Source of the DNA: Callorhinchus milii
Lineage: Eukaryota
Length of the DNA: 64,000 bases
Direction: 5' to 3'
NCBI RefSeq assembly: GCF_018977255.1
Contig: NW_024704742.1
Span: forward strand, 123,692,001-123,756,000
Below the pieces are notes generated by a model. The model did not search any database, was not told the DNA's origin, and saw nothing but the letters and a program-made list of their open reading frames with translations. The translations under genes were made by a program, and so were the position numbers. Of the stretch, positions 25,575-38,123 are shown piece after piece. How positions within the stretch are numbered: position 1 is the stretch's first letter; each line of letters opens with the position of its first letter.

Positions 25575-26330
25575 TAACAACAACAACTTGGTTTATATAG
25601 CACCCTCCATGCCCTACGGGCGCTTCACAGTAACAGATCCCGGGGCCGAGCCAGGGGATGGGGAGGAGGTGACCAAAGACACGGTCGAAGAGAAAGGTCT
25701 TCAGCAGGGACCTGAAAATAGGAAGAGAGGGGGCGAGGTGAAGGGAGTGAGGAAGGGAATTCAAGATCCTCGGGGGATAGTGGCTGAAGGCACGGCCACC
25801 GAGGGTGGATGGGAGGACTCGGGGGATGAGGAGGAGGTCAGACCCGGAGGAACGAAGGCAACGGGTACTGTTTTGAGGAGAGAGGAGGTCAGAGAGGTAG
25901 GGGGGCGCAGAGGAGTGCAGGGACTTGAATACAAGGGTGAGGATCTGGAAATTGATCCTCTCTGGGACAGGCAACCAGTGCAGTCTGGCAAGGACTGGGG
26001 TGATCGGGGAGCGGAGTTTGGTGTGGGTGAGTTTGTGGGCAGCAGAGTTTTGAATGATTTGGATTTATGGATGTTAGTGGAGGGGAGACCGGTGAGGAAG
26101 GCATTAGAGTAGTCCAGCCGAGAGCTGACAAAGGCATGGACTTGGGTTTCAGCGGATTTTGGAGTGAGGTATTAGCGGAGATGGGCAATGCGTCAGAGGT
26201 GGTAGAAGGTGGTGCTGGTGAGGGACCGGATGTGGGGGAGGAAGGATAATTGAGGGTCGAATATGACACCTAGGTTGCGTACGGGTTTGGAGAGTTTTAG
26301 GGGGAGGTCGGGTAGGTAGAGGAGGTGAGA
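25575..26330 (-). mobile_element. L2 LINE 3' fragment, divergent subfamily
   Basis: PVPERINFQILTLVFKSLH...LKTFLFDR. Confidence 0.88.
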
Positions 26331-26650
26331 GCCGTGAGATTTTAAACGTTTATATTTATAAAATAGCTGTTTATATTTGTTTATATTTGTTGCTCAGTTT
26401 GTGAAAGGATTAATACCACAGCACAATGAACATTCCACCCGCGTGAATCATGTTGGTTCTCAGAATTGTATCAGCAAACAAGTTTATAATTTCCAGAAGC
26501 TGGATCTTTAATCTGTAAACAATCTGACCTATTGTTAAAGCGCTGTTTAGTTGTCACTCCACCCATCTCGTTTGGAAGATTATCTTTCTGAAAGATCTGT
26601 AACTGGGTGACCACAGCAGTTGCTTGTTTACTTGCAAGTCAATTGGGGAA

Positions 26651-26845
26651 CTAAGTGAACCTAAGTGAACTGGATGGACGTGACGGGGAAACACCCTAGA
26701 AAAAAAACACATCACACTCACAGGGTGAACAACACACATGTTAGAGACCTCAGTGATGAATCGAAAGCTAAGTGGTTTCAGTTTCGATATCCAAACAGAG
26801 CATCGATCAGTTGGGCTGCTTTAAATAGACTGAACCGAAACAAAC
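26651..26845 (+). promoter_or_regulatory. Putative interferon-responsive promoter of the HELZ2-like gene
   Basis: GGTTTCAGTTTC ISRE-like at 26774-26785, GAATCGAAAG at 26758, tandem CTAAGTGAAC x2 at 26651-26670, TTTAAATA TATA-like at 26820, GAACCGAAAC at 26832. Confidence 0.65.
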
Positions 26846-26849
26846 ACCA

Positions 26850-26938
26850 GTTACTGTTGGGAGCTGCAGCTCTCACCATCAATGTGATGCAAAGGCAAGA
26901 GAAGGTGGATATCTCAACAGACAGCCTCAGAAGAAGTA
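26850..26938 (+). other. Putative first exon of the HELZ2-like gene (coding status uncertain, 5' end approximate)
   Basis: Downstream of TATA/ISRE; ATG at 26887 (MQRQEKVDISTDSLRRS); strong GTAAGT donor at 26939; homologous segment at 61563-61610. Confidence 0.5.
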
Positions 26939-27825
26939 GTAAGTGCAATAACTTATAACTTATAAATGATCTCTGTATATGATTGATGTTACCATCATCG
27001 TCTGTGCTCTTTTGCAATGTTATTCCCAATTGATTAATTCGCCACTTTTATTTCAAAATCAATTGAAACTGTACTTCGAAAAAGGCTATAAGATCTCTCT
27101 CCGGAGGTGAGAATTGGTTGCTGGCTATCAGTGTCCATCAGATCTTTTTAAATGAGATTTTTTTCTGAACGACTGGCTACACTCTGGATGTTACATTTAC
27201 TGCAATGGATGAACCACAAACGTAGTTCATGCCTCGTAAAATAGATAGCAGTTAAAGATAAACAAGGTGACTGATGTCCCACACTTGCACTATGGTAAGA
27301 AGATGGTTATGTGAACAGAAGCCAAATCCAACTGAGATAACTCACCAAATGTATCCATTTCATGTGAGTTTGGGACATTTTAGAATCGTAACACAAATAC
27401 AGTTAAAATCATTTAATTGAAGGAAGGGTCAATAATGAGTGAGAAATTCGTGAAGCCACCAGCTTTTAAAAAGATTCCTTCCTTACTCCACATACCTGTT
27501 TACCTAGCAGTAATTAGGAACCTGCTTGTTAGTTGATTGGTGGATCGCTTTTCCAGGGGTAATAATTCCTTCAAAAAAAATTGATCACTTAAATGCCAAC
27601 TGTTTGTGGGACACTGCTTTGTGGAATTGGCTGCTGCGTTTCTCCCACAAAATATACAGTTGATTCACTTTACAGTATTTTCTGTGAAGCACTTTGATAC
27701 ATTGCAATGATGTGATAAACTACTACATCACATGCAAGGATGATTATTATAATACAATGTGCTCTCAATAGCATTGATTCAATTATAACAAGGTTATAGT
27801 GTGCCCCCCATTCACTGCACATGTG

Positions 27826-27965
27826 CACAGCCAGCGCACAGCCCGCGCACAGCCAGTCCACAGCCAACCCAGCACAAGCTCACAGGCAGCCCAGCGCAAG
27901 CTCACAGGCAGCCCACACCCATCTCACACGCAGCTCACAGCCAGCTCACAGGCAGCTCATAGCTG
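27826..27965. repeat. Degenerate ~11-bp minisatellite (CAGCTCACAGG-like)
   Basis: Repeated cacagcc/cagctcacagg units. Confidence 0.8.
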
Positions 27966-28019
27966 GTGCAGAGCTGGTGGGGAACCGTAGCATCTTGTTT
28001 GACTACCCCAACTGCCTTT

Positions 28020-28630
28020 AAAACCCCCCATCCATGCTCTGCTCAGCTTTCCCTCACCTCTCAAACCTTTCCTGCCTCTGCCACTTTCTCTCTCCTACGC
28101 TAACTCACTGCTCACTGGGCCCCCCCCAGCTATTCCCTATCCAGGCTGCAGACTATCCAGGACTCTGTAGCACATATCCTCTCCTGCTGTAGATTCATGA
28201 GTCTGTCACCCCCATCCTTGCTCAGCTCCATTGGCTCCCCATTCCCGAGTGGATTCATTTCAAAAACCTTGTTCTCACATTCAAATTCCTCCATGGTCTC
28301 ACCCTATCTCTGTGTCCTCCTTCACCGTACTGATCCAGCTGCTCATTTAACTTAGAGAATACTGGGCTGCTTCATGTCCGCTTCCCTAAATGCCCCACGA
28401 TTGGTGGGCTGACTTTCACCCAGTGTGCCCTTGCTATGGAACTCCATCCCAGAGTACTTTGACTGTCTCTCTCCCTAACCTTGTAATAAGCCAGTCTCTA
28501 AACATATCTCTTTAACCATGCTTTTGATCATCTCTCCCCTCCCACAATGCTTGGCTCCCATTCCCACAACAGTATCAAGTACTTTGAGGTATTTTCCCAA
28601 CATGAAATGTGCTTTATAAATGTAAATTGT
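28020..28630 (+). mobile_element. Old L2 3' fragment
   Basis: ctccattggctccccatt (LHWLPI) remnant and tail. Confidence 0.75.
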
Positions 28631-28914
28631 ATTGGACTGTATTGCTTATATGTTGATTTGTATTTCTGATTATATTCCAGCTGTGATATCCAATTTACAC
28701 TATGTCCCAGCACAATGGGATCCATCCAGATTCCAAACATTCCTATGCATCTGTTGCTGTAAGTACATTGCTGCTGCGAAGTTTCTACGCCTCACTGCAT
28801 TTGCTCATTTAGGTTTTTGCAGAAAGTAGTTGGAAAGAAAAGGATTTCCTTAACTTGCAACAGGTCTTCTGTTGGAAATATTGTAGGACACTCCAACATT
28901 GTCCAAATACATTA

Positions 28915-29655
28915 GAATATACAGCACAGAAACAGGCCATTCGGCCCAATTAGTTTATGCTCCACATAAGCTTCCTCCTGCCCTTTCTCAATTAAGCCTT
29001 CAAGCATTACCTTCTATTCCTTTCTCCCTCATGTACCTATCTAGTTTCTCCTTAAATACATCTATGCTATTTGCCTCAACAACTTCTTATGGTAGCATGT
29101 TCCCCATTCTCACTCCTCTCTTTGTGAAGAAATGTCTTCTAACTTACCTATTGATTTATTTGTGACTATTTTATATTGATGGCCCTTGATTCTGGTCTCC
29201 CCCACAAGTGGAAACATCTTCCCTATGTCTACCCTATCAAAACCTTTCATCATTTTAAAGACCTCTATCAGGTCACCCCTTACCCTTCGTTTTTCAAGAG
29301 AAAAGTGTTCAATTATGTTCAGCCTTTCCTGATAGGTATAACCTCTCAGTTCTGGGATCATCCTTGTGAAACTCCTTTGCACCTTCTCCAGTGCCTCTAA
29401 ATCCCTTCTATAATGTGGGGACCAGAACTACACACAGTATTCTAAGTGTGGTCTAACCGAGGTTCTAAAGAAGTTTACCATAACTTCCCTGCTTTTTATT
29501 TCTACCCCCCTAGAAATGAACCCCAATGCCTGGTTTGGTTTTTTATGGCCTCATTAACCCGCGTTGCGACTTTTAGTGAATTGTGTATGTATACCTACCC
29601 CTAGGTCCCTTTGCTCCTCTACCCCAGTTAGGTTTTTATTTTCCAGGGTGTGTGT
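28915..29655 (-). mobile_element. CR1 LINE 3' fragment
   Basis: FTRMIPELRGYTYQERL...SLEKRRVRGDLIEVFKMMKGFDRVD, a CR1 ORF2 C-terminal motif. Confidence 0.9.
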
Positions 29656-30215
29656 GACGTATGTATGTATAAAGTTTGTAAAGCAAGCTTCTCCTAAGTC
29701 TTTGAAACAAAACTAATTATATAAAAATAATCCTAACATTTGATACAATACTTTTCATGTCAGGAGAAGTTTGTAACTATAGGTTGTAATCTAGTATCCA
29801 GTCTCATATAAAGTTTCCAAGAAGGAAGCTGAAAGAGATCTAAGGCTGTTGATTGAGCTGTTAGATTTATTGTCTAACAATATTATTAATTTATAAATAA
29901 ATCTAATATTAATAATAATGGTTATTATTGTCATAAAATTATTGTCTGAACAATCCACAAAAGGTACTTGTGGCATACAGTAGGTTACCCATCAAAACTA
30001 ATCTAAATTAATGAACATAAAGAGAACTTATTGTCAGAAGCTGCAGCAATAGACTGTTGCTTGTTTAAATAGCTTCTAATTTTNAAACAGTTCAGTTAAC
30101 AACATTATAATATAATTATTATAACATTATTTACATGTGGGAAATTGTGCATGATTTTAAACAAAAAAGTATTGGTTTGGTTGCATGTATTAACAAGATT
30201 TCCATTGTTTAACAG

Positions 30216-31189
30216 AGAAAAGGTGTGGATAACAGCAATGCATGCATTGTATATTTGGATGAGCTGAATTCTTTACGCTGTCAACTAGATCTTACCCTTG
30301 GCTGCTTCCAATGCTTCCAAAGAAAAAACAGTAGCTTGTACCACAGAGTACTGAATGACTGCCATGAATGTGCAGAAGATTTTCTCCTAGCCAAGGAGAA
30401 ACGCACGAACAATGTATGGAAAAATATTAGAGTGTGTCCACCATTTCCTTTTGTGTTTGTTGTCTGTAAATCTTCTCGAAATGGAGCACCTTGCAAGCTT
30501 CGCAATTGCACATTCGCCTCCTGCAAAGAAGAAGAAATTGTATGGAACTTTGAAAGTGAGCATAATCTTTCTCGAGCACAAATTAAGTCTTTCATTAAAA
30601 AGGTTCCCTATCAGGAACTGACAGCAGCTGATAAATTTTTATTAGAATTTGGTGGTAAATTTCAATTCCTTTGCCATACCTGCTGTTTGCAAGATCCTCC
30701 TACATTCAGCACAAAATCTCAAAATCAGGAAGTCTGCACTAACCAGCAGAAGCATGAGTGGCATCCTTTACTTGTGCACAAGGTGATTGAAAGCAATGAT
30801 GAAAACGGCATTCAATATCAGCCGATCAGAGAATTTACAGAGTACAACGACCGAGGCCTGTGTAGAAATTCAGACGCATGTCAGCAGACAGCTACAAATT
30901 GCAAATGGTCACATTCTATTGTAGAGCTTTCGTTTTGGTCTGAGGCACAGCGCCATGCCCGTTTTGATAAAAGCCTTGTTGAAAGGTCAGAGCAAAAGTA
31001 CAGCAACTATATCGCTCCACTGACAGGGTTTCATTGCAAGCTCTGTTTAGTGAAATGCACATCTCAGGAGGAGTTTCGACAGCATTGTGCCAGCTTGAGT
31101 CATGATACAAAACTGCATTCTCAAATCAATGAGAACTGGAGATTTAAGGACCCCCCAGAAAATGAAGATGCCTTGAACCTATGCCCTTG
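30216..31189 (+). CDS. HELZ2: HELZ2-like exon A (N-terminal zinc fingers)
   Basis: LDLTLGCFQC, CTFASCKEEEIVWNFE, EFGGKFQFLC, CKLCLVKCTSQEEFRQHCASLSH resemble the HELZ2 N-terminus; CAG acceptor, GTGAGT donor. Confidence 0.88.
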
Positions 31190-31748
31190 GTGAGTAAAAT
31201 TAAGTAAAATTCTTTTATACTTCCAAGTCTACAAAAGTGATCACCATTAAGTATCAAAAAAATTCTTGTCAATAATAACAGTGGTTAAAAAAATCTTCAA
31301 GTTGTTTACTGGTAATATGAAAATTGCACTCCATTTCTACAAAGACTTACAAAGAATGTTCATCACAGAAACAGAACATTCAGCCCAACATATCTGTGCC
31401 GGGATTTTATCCCACATGAGTCTCCACCCATTCCTGTACTAGTCAACAAGGTTCAAGAGTTGAAGGAATGAAAAGAGGAAAAAATATTTGAAGAGGTGAA
31501 ATGGAGGATAAAGTGAAGGATCTTGTTATGTGTAAAATAATGTTCAATTTATGTGTCAGCCCTAACTAACACAGTAAACACCAACTGGGATTTGAACCTA
31601 GTGTCTTTACCCACTAGGCTGCCAGAGAGAATCTGTGTTTAAACATGCCATATTCCTAATACGTTTAAATACAGAGTTCTTCCAGCTTTTTTTTAACACA
31701 CAAAAGAAAAGCTCATAATTGCCTGAAAACTCATTTGTATTTTACCAG

Positions 31749-31920
31749 TTTGCCAGAGGATTGTAAATGTAAAGTGAGCTGTTGTTATGCACATTCGAAA
31801 GAAGAACTCGAAGAATGGATTCAGCGTTTTAGATTTGAACAGAAAACAAATGAAGGAGGGAATTCTTACATCCTGAATATAATGCATGAATACCACAGCA
31901 GTGAACACGGATATGATGTG
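31749..31920 (+). CDS. HELZ2: HELZ2-like exon B
   Basis: CCYAHSKEELEEWIQR (CCCH finger); AG/GT, phase consistent. Confidence 0.9.
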
Positions 31921-31954
31921 GTATGGGCCCTTTCACTTTTCTGTGGCTGGTGTC

Positions 31955-32200
31955 AGCTTGACTCAATTAATAGAGCTTTATACCTCTGAGTCAGGAGGTT
32001 GTGGGTTCAAGCCATACTTCACGACATCGAGCTCACAGTTTCAGCTGATGCTCCAGTGGAATGTGACATTGTCAGTGGTGCTGTCCTATGGATGAAATGT
32101 TAAACTGAGGTCCTAACACCAAGCAATAAAGGTCCAAATGCATAACCGTATTTGAAAAGAGAAGGGAGTTTTTCCTGGTGTTTTGGACAATAATCCTCTA
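31955..32200 (+). mobile_element. DeuSINE-type (SacSINE/EshSINE-like) remnant; similar remnants at about 6890-6960, 19108-19180 and 50030-50440
   Basis: ctctgagtcag..ggttgtgggttcaagcc head and gaagggagttttcctggtgt..tgg core. Confidence 0.6.
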
Positions 32201-32469
32201 GATGAATTGGTGATTTGCTTCAACAACAAATTTACATATATATGGCATCTTCTCTTTGTAAAGGGCCAAGATTAGCAATGGCGATTAGCAATGGATGGGA
32301 AATTATAGGGTTTGAGCTTCCACATTAGTACTCAAAGATACAGCAGATTGATACTCAGGTGTAATTTGCCAGAATGCAATCTGGGTTAAGCACCACTACA
32401 ACCTTCATTTCCAAACAGTTATGCATTTTTGCCATTTTAATAAAGAAATAAACTTCTTATTCTGTTCAG

Positions 32470-32571
32470 CTGAATGAAACTGTAGAGGATGCCAGTGTAC
32501 ATTGTACTGAAGAGTTGGAAATATGTACAGAAAAGAGCCGACAACATGAGTGGAAATTCGAAGTAATATCG
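32470..32571 (+). CDS. HELZ2: HELZ2-like exon C
   Basis: LNETVEDASVHCTEELEICTEKSRQHEWKFEVIS; AG/GT. Confidence 0.85.
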
Positions 32572-32744
32572 GTATGAATATTGCAAAAATACTTTCACCT
32601 TTTAAGATGTTTTATGCAAAATCTGTATCGCATAGAAAGTTATAAATTGCTTTGAAAGTATCCTAGATAAAATAGTGTTTCCATAACTATTGTACTGTCA
32701 AACTGTCACCAGTGTATAATTTGAATTTAAAATATTATTACAAC

Positions 32745-32996
32745 AATAACAACAACAAGATTGTATTTATAGAGCACCTTTCACGTCGGGAGGACGTTCC
32801 AAGGCGTTGGACAGTTGGGTCGGGACCCAAGCAGGGGGGAAATGGTCAGGGTGAGGGGAGGGAAGGGAGGGAGCGAGGAGGGGGTAGAGAGTCGAGAGGG
32901 CAGCTGAAGGCATGGTTGAAGAGAAAGGTCTTGAGACCGGCCTTGAAGGAGGAAAGGGAGGAAGCAAGGCGAAGGCACTGGGGGATGGAGTTCCAG
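32745..32996 (-). mobile_element. L2 3' fragment
   Basis: Near-identical to the 15240 and 17720 copies. Confidence 0.88.
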
Positions 32997-33545
32997 TCAA
33001 CAGAGCACCCAAATTTATCAGAAGAAACAATTTAATCATATTATCTTTAAGTTAGATTAGCAGAAGTCATTCATAAGAATGCAATAAAAGCGAATGCAGC
33101 ATTAGATGGGTAGATTTCCAAATAATAATTGTGCTGGTAACTGAAAATCTCTCTCGTGACTACCCTTTTGAACTCTGAAGTAGATCAGGAAGTTCCCACA
33201 AGTTGGTGTGATGGACCTCTGGTTAGGAGCAGTCAGCGCTGTTTGCAACTTCAAGTCACTAATTGTGAATCGAGGCAACAAATACCAACCACATTTTCAA
33301 ACCCACTGTCACACTGGTCGCAACTCCATACTGTATCTTTAATGGATGTAGCTTTCAGTACATTCTGAAATGTGCCATGTGGTTATTAACCACTAAAATT
33401 AAATGTTCTCATTTTTTATTTTCAATACAACAACAAAATAGTCATTTATTATTTGCTATGAAATCAACAAGACCCCACTAATAATACCGCAATTCTATTT
33501 GTTTTAGATGAAATTCAGATTATAATGTCTCCTTTTATCTTTTAG

Positions 33546-34066
33546 AAAAGGCAACCATGTTACACCATTGCATTACTTAAAAGAGGAAAGGAATTTTCAT
33601 TGAAAAGAGACGGGTCTGTTTATGAACAAACCAAAACACAGCCATTGTTTCCTTCTGATGGCCCATTGCAAAAATATGTACGCTCCATCGAAGTGTACTT
33701 TTCCAGTAAAATCTGTGGAGTGTTTGACCAGTGGGTGACGTTTGACTTTGGAAAACGCCCTCTCCTTGTCCAGAAAATAAGGGTTATAGTTACTGACAGG
33801 AGCCGCATGGATGAAGCAAAAAAAGAAAAGAAACCATCTTTGTCATCCAACTGGGATCGTTCAAAGATGGAGATTGTGAGAAACACTGTACGTCTGAATA
33901 TGGATCATGAGCTGCTTCTAAGATATAAAAGCCCTGAAATGGCTTTTGATTTTACCAATCTTCATCAGGAGTTTCTACCAACATCCTTGAACTCTCAGAA
34001 TTACAGAAGTACAATGCACAATTTTCTGTACCAAGAAGAACAATGTCAAAAAAACACAATGGAAAG
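33546..34066 (+). CDS. HELZ2: HELZ2-like exon D
   Basis: GVFDQWVTFDFGKRPLLVQK and NYRSTMHNFLYQEE, HELZ-family motifs. Confidence 0.92.
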
Positions 34067-34299
34067 GTACATCGTAGCATTTGTAACCTATGTAACTTTA
34101 ACTGTGATATACTCTTGAGTAGTTTCAAAGTGATAAAGTCGCTCTAAAAATGCCAATCGTTCATCTACAAAAACACAATAATTCCATATTACAATAAATC
34201 CTGTGAAGCACTTTGAGATGTTTTTGATGACATGATAAGGTGCTATATCAAATGCAAGGATTATTATTATTATAATAAATTTGCCCATTTAATTTGCAG

Positions 34300-34923
34300 A
34301 GTGAAAATGTGTGTTGATGTTGAAATGAAGAAGCACATAACCACAAAACAAGCTTTACACTGTGCAGAGCCGGGTCATTATTTTGGCCAATTTCCAGCAC
34401 CGAAACAATTGGATTCTGATGCAAAAGATATTTTGTTGCACAATGTGAACACAGCCCTTATAGGGCTTGAGGGGAGCCTTCAGACAGTGTATGAAGTATT
34501 TGTTTTGAAAGAGACTCTTTCCGATGAACAAATATGTGTAATTATTCCAGAAAGTGTAGTTAAGAGATTGAATATCTCAGAACCTATGCAATACAAAATG
34601 GAAATCCAGTTTCAGGTTGATCGGGTTCACTTCTGCAGAATGCACTACGCTGTGGACAATATAAATCTTCAGGTGATTACCCCACGAAATCAGGAATATT
34701 CGCCTCCTCAAAATCTGACATTCCATGGCACCAACAATTTAAATGAAAAACAGGGAAGAGTCCTGGCGTACACCATGCAAGGCAATGCGATTGGAAAGCA
34801 AGAACCTCCGTTACTTCTTTGTGGACCATTTGGTACTGGAAAGACATTCACTCTCAATAGTGCTCTGGTTGAGATATTAAAGGAAAGGCATGCAAATGTC
34901 CTTCTTTGCACACACACCAACAG
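34300..34923 (+). CDS. HELZ2: HELZ2-like exon E (helicase 1 Walker A)
   Basis: EIQFQVDRVHFCRMHYAVD; PLLLCGPFGTGKTFTL; VLLCTHTN. Confidence 0.95.
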
Positions 34924-35917
34924 GTAGGATCTGTGGCGTAATTATTTTTTTCCTGGAGCATCTTTCAATAACAATTCTTTGCTTTTTTTTGCACAAATAC
35001 AGCAATACCAATAAAGCAGTTTTTCGAACCAGCCAGGCCACCCACCCAGCATTGTTTTATATTGCATTACTTTGCACAGCATTACAGAAAAGCTCTGCTA
35101 AGGATGCTCTTGAGCCAACCATTGAAAGACATACCTTTTTTATTGACTTCATGAAAGTTTTCATACAATCTTGGGCTGTAATAGGGGAGTTACAGAGTTG
35201 CAGATATAAACACGCATGATCACTGATCGAGGAGTTTATGTTGCTTTGTGCATTTTGGTGGAGATCCAAGTTTGCGGTTCCACAGCAATAGATGTCAGGA
35301 CTTAGTAAATTGTGGATCTCATTGGGAGCTGAGGGTGGGAGGGGATTTCAGCAGCTTGCTTTTGGGTAGGGAGCTGCTGGAGTAGTTGGGGACATGATCA
35401 TAACTCTGGAAGTGGGAAGGTGTATCATAATAACAACAAATTGCATTTGTATAGCGCCTTTCACGTTGGAAGAACGTCCCAAGGTGCTGGACAGTCAGGG
35501 ATTTGGACTGAAGCAGGTGGTTGGAATCAGGAGGGGTGGAGGGTAGGAAGTGTAGGAGTAGGAGGGTGACCTAAGGCACGGTCAAAGAGGAAGGTCTTGA
35601 GATGTGCCTCCAAATGGTGGGGGCAGAAGGCCTCACCACCGATGGTTGGGCTGACCATGTGGGGGATGTGGAGCAGGCTGGAGCCTGTTGAGCAGAGGGA
35701 GCGGACAGGGTGATATAAAGTTAGTATCATAGGTGCGGGAGGGCCAATAGAAAGGAAGTCCACAGATATTCATTGTCCTGTGAAAGGCGCTTTACAAATG
35801 TAATTTTGTTGTTGTTGTTGTGAGGTATGGCTGAGCAAGTCACTGGTGAAAATTTCTGATCCATTGGCTTGTCTAGAATTATTATTTTATAATGCTAAAA
35901 ATATCTTCTTTTCTTAG

Positions 35918-36677
35918 TGCTGCCGATCTCTACATACAAGAATACCAGTCTGAGTTGACACAGTGGAAACCACTTCGAGTTTACTACGAAAATCGCAGAA
36001 TAAATACGGTGGATCCCATTGTGCGTCAGTTCTGCCTGATCTCAGAAAGTCACCAGTTTGTATACCCAACTAAACATCAGGTAGAACAGTACCGTCTTAT
36101 AATTACAACTTTCAGCACTGCCTACGTCCTTCATAAAAGGGCCCCAGATGTGCGTTTCACACACATTCTACTTGATGAAGCTGCTCAGGCACTTGAAGGT
36201 GAAACTTTAATCCCTCTCCTGATGGCGGATGGGAACACTAAGGTGGTTGTTGCTGGTGACCACTTTCAGATCGCACCAAAGCTGTTCTCCAAGAAGTCTG
36301 TATTTTGTTTTCAGAGTTTGATACACAGATTATTTGAGCACTATGGTCAATTGAGTTATAGTACAATAGTACTGCATGAAAACTACAGATCTGTTCATGA
36401 AATTACAAATTTCCTCATAAAGAACATCTATGGAGTGAAATACTCTGGCCTGATCAAGGCAGTAGGGAATGAGTTAAAACACCCCAGTATTTACCCACTC
36501 GCATTCTGCCACATTGAAGGTGTGTGTGAAAAAGGGCTGATAACATCTTCCTGGCGCAATGTAACAGAAACTAAGCATGTCGTTCAGAAAGTTCAAGCAC
36601 TGCTTCAGTCCTGGCCACCCCAGTGGGAGCAAGAAAAGGAAAAACATATAGCGGTCCTGTGTGATGATTATGAACAG
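35918..36677 (+). CDS. HELZ2: HELZ2-like exon F (helicase 1 DEAA)
   Basis: SAADLYI; FTHILLDEAAQ; AGDHFQ; LHENYRS. Confidence 0.95.
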
Positions 36678-36913
36678 GTAAATTAACAGCCTTCAACTTC
36701 TCTATGATTTACTGTGACCAGAAAGTGTAAAGATGCTTTATAATCAATAATTATCTTATTCAAACAGTTAAAACGTGTCTAATTTACGATATTTACAAGC
36801 TGCGTTAATTGTAGCATCTGTTCAGTATTTTGAGACTTACTGTTTACAAAATTCGCGGCAAAATTTGAATTCGGTAAACTAAAATTTACAATTCAGCAAA
36901 GTCCCCCCCAAAA

Positions 36914-37375
36914 ATAATAATAATCCTTGCAATTTGATATAGCGCTTTTCATGCTTCACAGAACACACTGCAAAGTGAATTGACTGTATATTTGTGGGCG
37001 AACGCGGCAGCCAATTGCGCACAGCAATGTCCCACATACAGTCGTAGATTGAAAATGACCAATTTATTATTGTTTTTGGTTCAGTGATTAGAGCACTTGC
37101 CTCACAAGCGAGGTACCTGGGTTTGAGTCCCGGCAGGGTGAAACCTTGGGCAAGTTTCCTTACTGCACACGATAATCCCTCAAGAAAAAAACAATATAAA
37201 TTGGTCACTTCAATCCATGACTGTTTGTGGGACACTGCTGTGCACAATTGGCTGACGCATTTTGCCAACAAATCTACAATTAATTCACTTTTTACGGTAT
37301 ATTCTGTGAAGCGCTTTGAGACGTCTGGAAGACGTGAAAAGCACGATATTAAATGCAAGGATTATTATTATTATT
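36914..37375. mobile_element. Two fused inverted SINE copies (minus 36914-37080, plus 37084-37375)
   Basis: SINE tails at both ends, reverse-complement bodies. Confidence 0.88.
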
Positions 37376-37546
37376 AACATTATAAATTGGACCCTGCTGC
37401 CAAATTTCATTTAGAATAGGTTTATGATTATTATTAATTATTTTAAAGACTGAAATGCATTTCAGATTATAATGGTGAAGGGTACTATAATGGGAAATGA
37501 GATTACTGTTGTGTAATAAATGATTATTAACATTACTTTGTTTCAG

Positions 37547-37622
37547 GTACTTATGCTAAGAGGTTTGTTCCGAAGTGAAAAATTGGAAAAGATTTGTGTT
37601 GACAAGATCAATAATATTCAAG
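37547..37622 (+). CDS. HELZ2: HELZ2-like exon G
   Basis: VLMLRGLFRSEKLEKICVDKINNIQG; bridges the phases of exons F and H. Confidence 0.88.
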
Positions 37623-38123
37623 GTTAGTTACTTTTCTTTTAGGTGTATGTTAAAACTTAGATCTCATAAATTCACTGTATGATGTACTGAAAATCTAGAT
37701 AAGTACACACAATTACAAAACAATACAAACTTACAAACAATAGATTTCATCTTGAACTCAGGTGGAATTTCTCTGCCTAAATTGCTTATTTGGGTTTCTT
37801 ATTAGCAAATTCAAGTTACACAAATGGGGACCACCTCATAAGTCCCGGATGTATACCTGGAAGGTAAAGTTAGATCTAGACAGAAGGGAGTAGAAGGGCA
37901 TGGAAGGGAGAAATGAGTGAGTGCAGGCTCATATGAAGTATAAACACCATCATCACAGAATGGCTGGGCCAAATGGCCTGTTTCCGTGCTGTACAATCTA
38001 TGCAAATCTTTGTAAAAGCATCTTATTAAAGATTAAATACTAGTATTGGCATATAGAGGTATTTTTCAATGCTAACCACAGTAGAATACATTAGGATATT
38101 TTCTTGTAATTCCTGCACTAATT

